A DNA stretch of 64,000 nt. Source: an uncultured delta proteobacterium (GTDB lineage: Bacteria > Desulfobacterota > Desulfobacteria > Desulfobacterales > JAFDCJ01). The position numbers and the translations under genes are program-made. This document shows positions 60,726-64,000 of this stretch, one piece after another. Location: NCBI GenBank assembly GCA_963769935.1, contig CAVYNY010000020.1, positions 96,001 through 160,000 on the forward strand. The letters are read 5' to 3'. A model generated the notes under the pieces. It searched no databases, was not told the DNA's origin, and worked only from the letters and a program-made list of their open reading frames with translations. Numbering within the stretch: the first letter of the stretch is position 1; the number at the start of each line of letters is the position of its first letter.

Positions 60726-61325
60726 TTAGATATTGACGACCTTGTCGGCCAGCTGCATGGCGGTGACGATATCCAGCATATTGGTGGTCTCCCCGACCTG
60801 CTTTCGCTCCAACAGATTGAAGTGGTTCAGGCAGGTGCCGCAGACCATGATCTTAAGGCCGTCCTTTTCATACTGGCGGAGATCTTCCAGAACCTCCGAG
60901 CCGTCGATGGTCAGTTTCACGCCGTTGTTCACAAACACCAGCCTCCACAGCTCATTTCCCATCTCCTTGAGCGTACGCAGAAAATTGACCATCAACGCCA
61001 GGCCCAACGCGTCGTCGCCGAAGCCGATGCGGTCGGTGGCGCACATGACCATGATTTTCTTCAGTTCGTCGGATGGCTGTTCAACGGGTGGCTGAATTTG
61101 CTGCCCGGAGGCAGTATCGCAGGTTCCGATGACCAGGTAGTCGGCACCATTTTGCTCAAGCTTCGTTTGAAACCCCTGGGACTCCAGGAAGCGCTGGACA
61201 TTCTGCTGGGATGCGGCGTTGTCGACAACAATTCTCACGCCGGCGGGTTTTTCCTCCTGCAGCGCAGCCTTGGTTTGCAGCACCGGCGCCGGACACGCCA
61301 ATCCACGGGCATCGATTTCCTTCAT
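60726..61325 (-). CDS. yedF: Sulfurtransferase-like selenium metabolism protein YedF (TusA + DsrE-like domains)
   Basis: IDARGLACPAPV, VDN, G.GDD.LG, F.NNGVKL, CGTCL; downstream of selD. Confidence 0.92.
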   Translation of the reverse strand: MKEIDARGLACPAPVLQTKAALQEEKPAGVRIVVDNAASQQNVQRFLESQGFQTKLEQNGADYLVIGTCDTASGQQIQPPVEQPSDELKKIMVMCATDRIGFGDDALGLALMVNFLRTLKEMGNELWRLVFVNNGVKLTIDGSEVLEDLRQYEKDGLKIMVCGTCLNHFNLLERKQVGETTNMLDIVTAMQLADKVVNI

Positions 61326-61372
61326 TTTTAATCCTCCTGTTTCAGATATCGTTGATTGGTTGAATGGCTATC

Positions 61373-61515
61373 GCCGGTTAGCCAGTGTGCCCGTTTGCCA
61401 GTTAGCCGGTATGCTGGTCCGTTAAATTTGGCCAACAGGTAAACAGGTCAACGGGCTAACGGGTCAACCGGCCAACCGCGCTAGCGGACCGGCACAAGGG
61501 CAAACGGACTAGCCC
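61373..61515. repeat. Degenerate 8-mer array in inverted arrangement (REP-like)
   Basis: ccaacagg-taaacagg-tcaacggg-ctaacggg-tcaaccgg preceded by complementary ccggttag/ccagtgtg/ccgtttg units. Confidence 0.7.
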
Positions 61516-61516
61516 T

Positions 61517-62566
61517 TCATACCACGTATATTTTCTCTCTCGCGTCGCTTAGTATCTCCCCAATTTGCGCGGCATCTTCGATGCCTGCATTTTTCAGGTC
61601 CACAACGAGCGCTTCTGCCTGCCGCGCGCTTACACTGATCAGCAGGCCGCCCGAGGTCTGGGGATCGACCAGCACATCCTGCCGGGAGCGACCGACGGAA
61701 TCTGCGATGGTGATCATCGACTCCCGGAATTCTCTGTTTTTGTATGCTCCGGCGGGAATCAGCCCCATGGCAGCGAATTCCAGGGCTTCTGCAATCACCG
61801 GCACCTGATCCGCATAGATTTTTGCGCTCGTGCCCGAACCCAATACCATTTCGGCCAGATGGCCGAGCAGGCCGAAGCCGGTCACGTCGGTACAGGCGCC
61901 GACATCAAAATTCAACATGACGTCGGCGGCATCCCGGTTAAGAGCGGCCATCAATCGGGTTGCTTTGTCCGTGAGTTCCGCTGAAGCCATGGCCGCCTTG
62001 ATAGCGGTGTTGACAATTCCGCTGCCGAGCGGTTTCGTCAAAACCAGCCGGTCGCCCGGCCGCAGGTTCTTCTTGGTGAGCACCTTGGCCGGGTGCACGA
62101 TTCCGGTAACCGACAGACCGTATTTCAATTCCTGGTCTTCGATGCTGTGGCCGCCGATCAGAACCACTTCGGCCTCCGTTAGCTTGTCGAGCCCGCCCTG
62201 AATGATTTGCCGCAGAACCGACAGTTCCATATCCTTGACCGGAAAGGCTACCAGGTTCATGGCGGTCTTCGGCGTTCCGCCCATAGCGTAGACGTCGCTC
62301 AGGGCGTTGGCGGCGGCAATCTGTCCGAACCAGTATGGGTCGTCTACGATCGGTGTGAAGAAATCCACGGTCTGGATCAGCGCCAGCTCATCCGAAATCC
62401 TATACACACCGGCGTCGTCGGCGCGCTCCAAACCGACGATCACATTTTCATCGGTCGGAAACACCAGGCCGCACAGCGCCCGGTCCAGGTCCCCTGGAGC
62501 CAGTTTGGACGCTCAGCCGGATCCGGCGACCGTCTCGGTCAACCGTATTATCTTAATGTCGCTCAT
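61517..62566 (-). CDS. selD: Selenophosphate synthetase SelD with selenocysteine (UGA at codon 18)
   Basis: MSDIKIIRLTETVAGSG-TGA-ASKLAPGDL in frame with DDAGVY, QTVDFFTPIVDDP, TDVTGFGLLGH, DPQTSGGLL; TGA at 62515-62513. Confidence 0.96.
62480..62503 (-). promoter_or_regulatory. Candidate bacterial SECIS hairpin
   Basis: TCCAGG-GGA-CCTGGA stem-loop with a G-containing loop ~20 nt 3' of the UGA. Confidence 0.65.
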
Positions 62567-62611
62567 GGCTTTTTTCCTCTATTTCGTCAAATGTGCAATT
62601 TGGAGACTTGG

Positions 62612-62730
62612 CCTCCAATCGGTTTCCAGTTTGCCCGTTAGCCCGTGTGCCCGTGTGCCGGTTGATCTGCCGGCCGGTTTTGGTAAACGAACATACGGGC
62701 TAACCGGCAAACGGGCCAACCGGCTAACTG
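62612..62730. repeat. Degenerate 8-mer array in inverted arrangement (REP-like)
   Basis: ccagtttg-cccgttag-cccgtgtg-cccgtgtg-ccggttga then catacggg-ctaaccgg-caaacggg-ccaaccgg. Confidence 0.7.
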
Positions 62731-62731
62731 T

Positions 62732-62935
62732 CTAACCGTCAAACGGACAGGACAGTTCTCCGGCATGGTATACGTGCTTCCGGCCGCAGAACGGGCAGGG
62801 TTGGTTGAGGGCTACCTTCGCATCCAGCGATTTGTTACCGGCCGCGTCGGTTATGACACCTCTGTTTTCCAGGATATTGAAATCCGGGCTTTCGAACACC
62901 TTGTTTTGAGTAGGACAGACAAAAATGAATTTCAT
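62732..62935 (-). CDS. Small Cys-rich (Zn-ribbon-like) hypothetical protein
   Basis: FVCP...CPFCG..H.Y....LSCPF, co-directional with neighbours. Confidence 0.7.
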   Translation of the reverse strand: MKFIFVCPTQNKVFESPDFNILENRGVITDAAGNKSLDAKVALNQPCPFCGRKHVYHAGELSCPFDG

Positions 62936-62979
62936 ATGATTAATCCACCCGGAAACATGACACATCCAGAGTCGAAGCG

Positions 62980-63483
62980 CTACTGCTTGCCAGTTCCTTC
63001 AACCAGGCCGGAAAAAACGCACCGCAGAACCTTGTCGCTTATTTCCAGCAGCCGATCCTCTTGAAGATCTTCGACGATATCAGTTGAAGCGCCGTATGAG
63101 CGACTCGCGGGTGTCTGCGCTTTGGGAGAGATTTTAAGTAATTTACCCTTTCCGACAGGGACCTCTTTCAGGCGGCTGTTGTTTTCCAGCCAACGCTGGC
63201 ATTCATCGTGAGTGCCTAAAAAGGGGATATAGACCTTTCCCCCGCGCTGCAGGGTGATCAGCCGGTAGCCGCAGCCCAGATCGTATTTGCGGCAGTTCTT
63301 GATGCGATTCTCGCCGTACTTGGTATAGCTGCCGATCGCATCCATGTGGTGCCGGACAGCCCCCGAGGTCAGACTTTCGATAATGAGGATCGTTTTTTGC
63401 GCCAGGGCGACTCCCGCTTTGCCGGCTTTCTTAAGCGCTTCGATGCGGTTTTCGACCTTGACGCTGATATATAAATATTTCAT
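62980..63483 (-). CDS. Hypothetical protein with possible RelE/ParE-like fold
   Basis: GENRIKNCRKYDLGCGYRLITL...FLGTHDECQRWL, acidic C-terminal tail. Confidence 0.65.
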   Translation of the reverse strand: MKYLYISVKVENRIEALKKAGKAGVALAQKTILIIESLTSGAVRHHMDAIGSYTKYGENRIKNCRKYDLGCGYRLITLQRGGKVYIPFLGTHDECQRWLENNSRLKEVPVGKGKLLKISPKAQTPASRSYGASTDIVEDLQEDRLLEISDKVLRCVFSGLVEGTGKQ

Positions 63484-63537
63484 AGCGAGTAGACAGTCCG
63501 GCTAAACCAATTCTCATTTTTTAAGCTTGCGGTGCTT

Positions 63538-64000
63538 TCAATCCAGCCCGCGGGGTCTCACCCGACTGGTTTCCGGTTTCAGTTCTCTTTTCAACCGGAG
63601 CTTGAGCAGCAGGCGGTTCAGGTAGGTGAAGGGCGACCGCGCCACCTTCAAACTGCCGTGCAGCGCAGCTTCGGGCCGATACAAAAGATCGGCGATGTGG
63701 ATAATCGGAACCGCCTGCTTTAGATAAGCGGCGCAGCCGGCACAGTAGGTAACCATGGGCCGATCGCCGTACTCACGGGCGCGGATACCCGACCAGCTCC
63801 CGGCGAATTCGGGCTTTACATACGCGACCATTCCGCCTTCTCCGCAGCAGACCGTGCGCTTGCCGCAGTGTTCCATCTCCGCCACCGTCAGCCCCATGCC
63901 GGTCAACAGGCTGCGGATTGCCTGCTGTACGTTCGCCTCGTTGCGCAGGGCACAGGGATCGTGCACGACGACCTCCCGGTCGCCGGCACGCGCGCCTTCC
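63538..64000 (-). CDS. Fe-S oxidoreductase with CCG (Cys-rich) domain, 5' end outside window
   Basis: VHDPC, TVCCGEGG, VTYCAGC, HIADLL. Confidence 0.85.
   Translation of the reverse strand, partial: EGARAGDREVVVHDPCALRNEANVQQAIRSLLTGMGLTVAEMEHCGKRTVCCGEGGMVAYVKPEFAGSWSGIRAREYGDRPMVTYCAGCAAYLKQAVPIIHIADLLYRPEAALHGSLKVARSPFTYLNRLLLKLRLKRELKPETSRVRPRGLD

Overview
A ~55% GC bacterial window whose gene content (selenocysteine SelD, YedF, FmdE proteins, CbiK, CCG-domain protein, sigma54 promoters) suggests an anaerobic Desulfobacterota/deltaproteobacterial genome; the taxon is inferred, not shown. The first ~39 kb is mixed housekeeping and accessory DNA: CoA-transferase-GNAT, thioredoxin/rhodanese/DoxX operon, a liv ABC operon lacking livH, MoxR-DUF58-transglutaminase, SLC13 permease, pal, a sigma54-driven PilZ plus Arg-repeat cluster, tpx, zwf/glk/rpiA/icd, a YnjBCD-like ABC with an atypical kinase, typA, cysteine desulfurase and ybaK. 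The last ~24 kb is a trace-element region: DUF4198-porin-cbiM-cbiL, an RND efflux cassette, cobalamin riboswitch-cbiK, a Nik/Dpp-type ABC with two FmdE proteins and TsaA, mod remnants, Mop, yedF and selD. Many genes carry single-base frameshifts, probably long-read errors, and there are several apparent deletion scars. Best novelty candidates: (1) a leader hairpin motif AGCCACGAAGGC...CGTGGCTTTTT found before both metal-uptake operons, (2) the ABC + exported FmdE + cytoplasmic FmdE + TsaA operon, (3) two paralogous DRR-repeat microproteins next to a PilZ gene (possible c-di-GMP binders), (4) a promoter/terminator-bounded ~80-nt candidate sRNA. No rRNA, tRNA, CRISPR array or transposase was recognised. 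All product calls come from motif recognition by eye; no searches were run.
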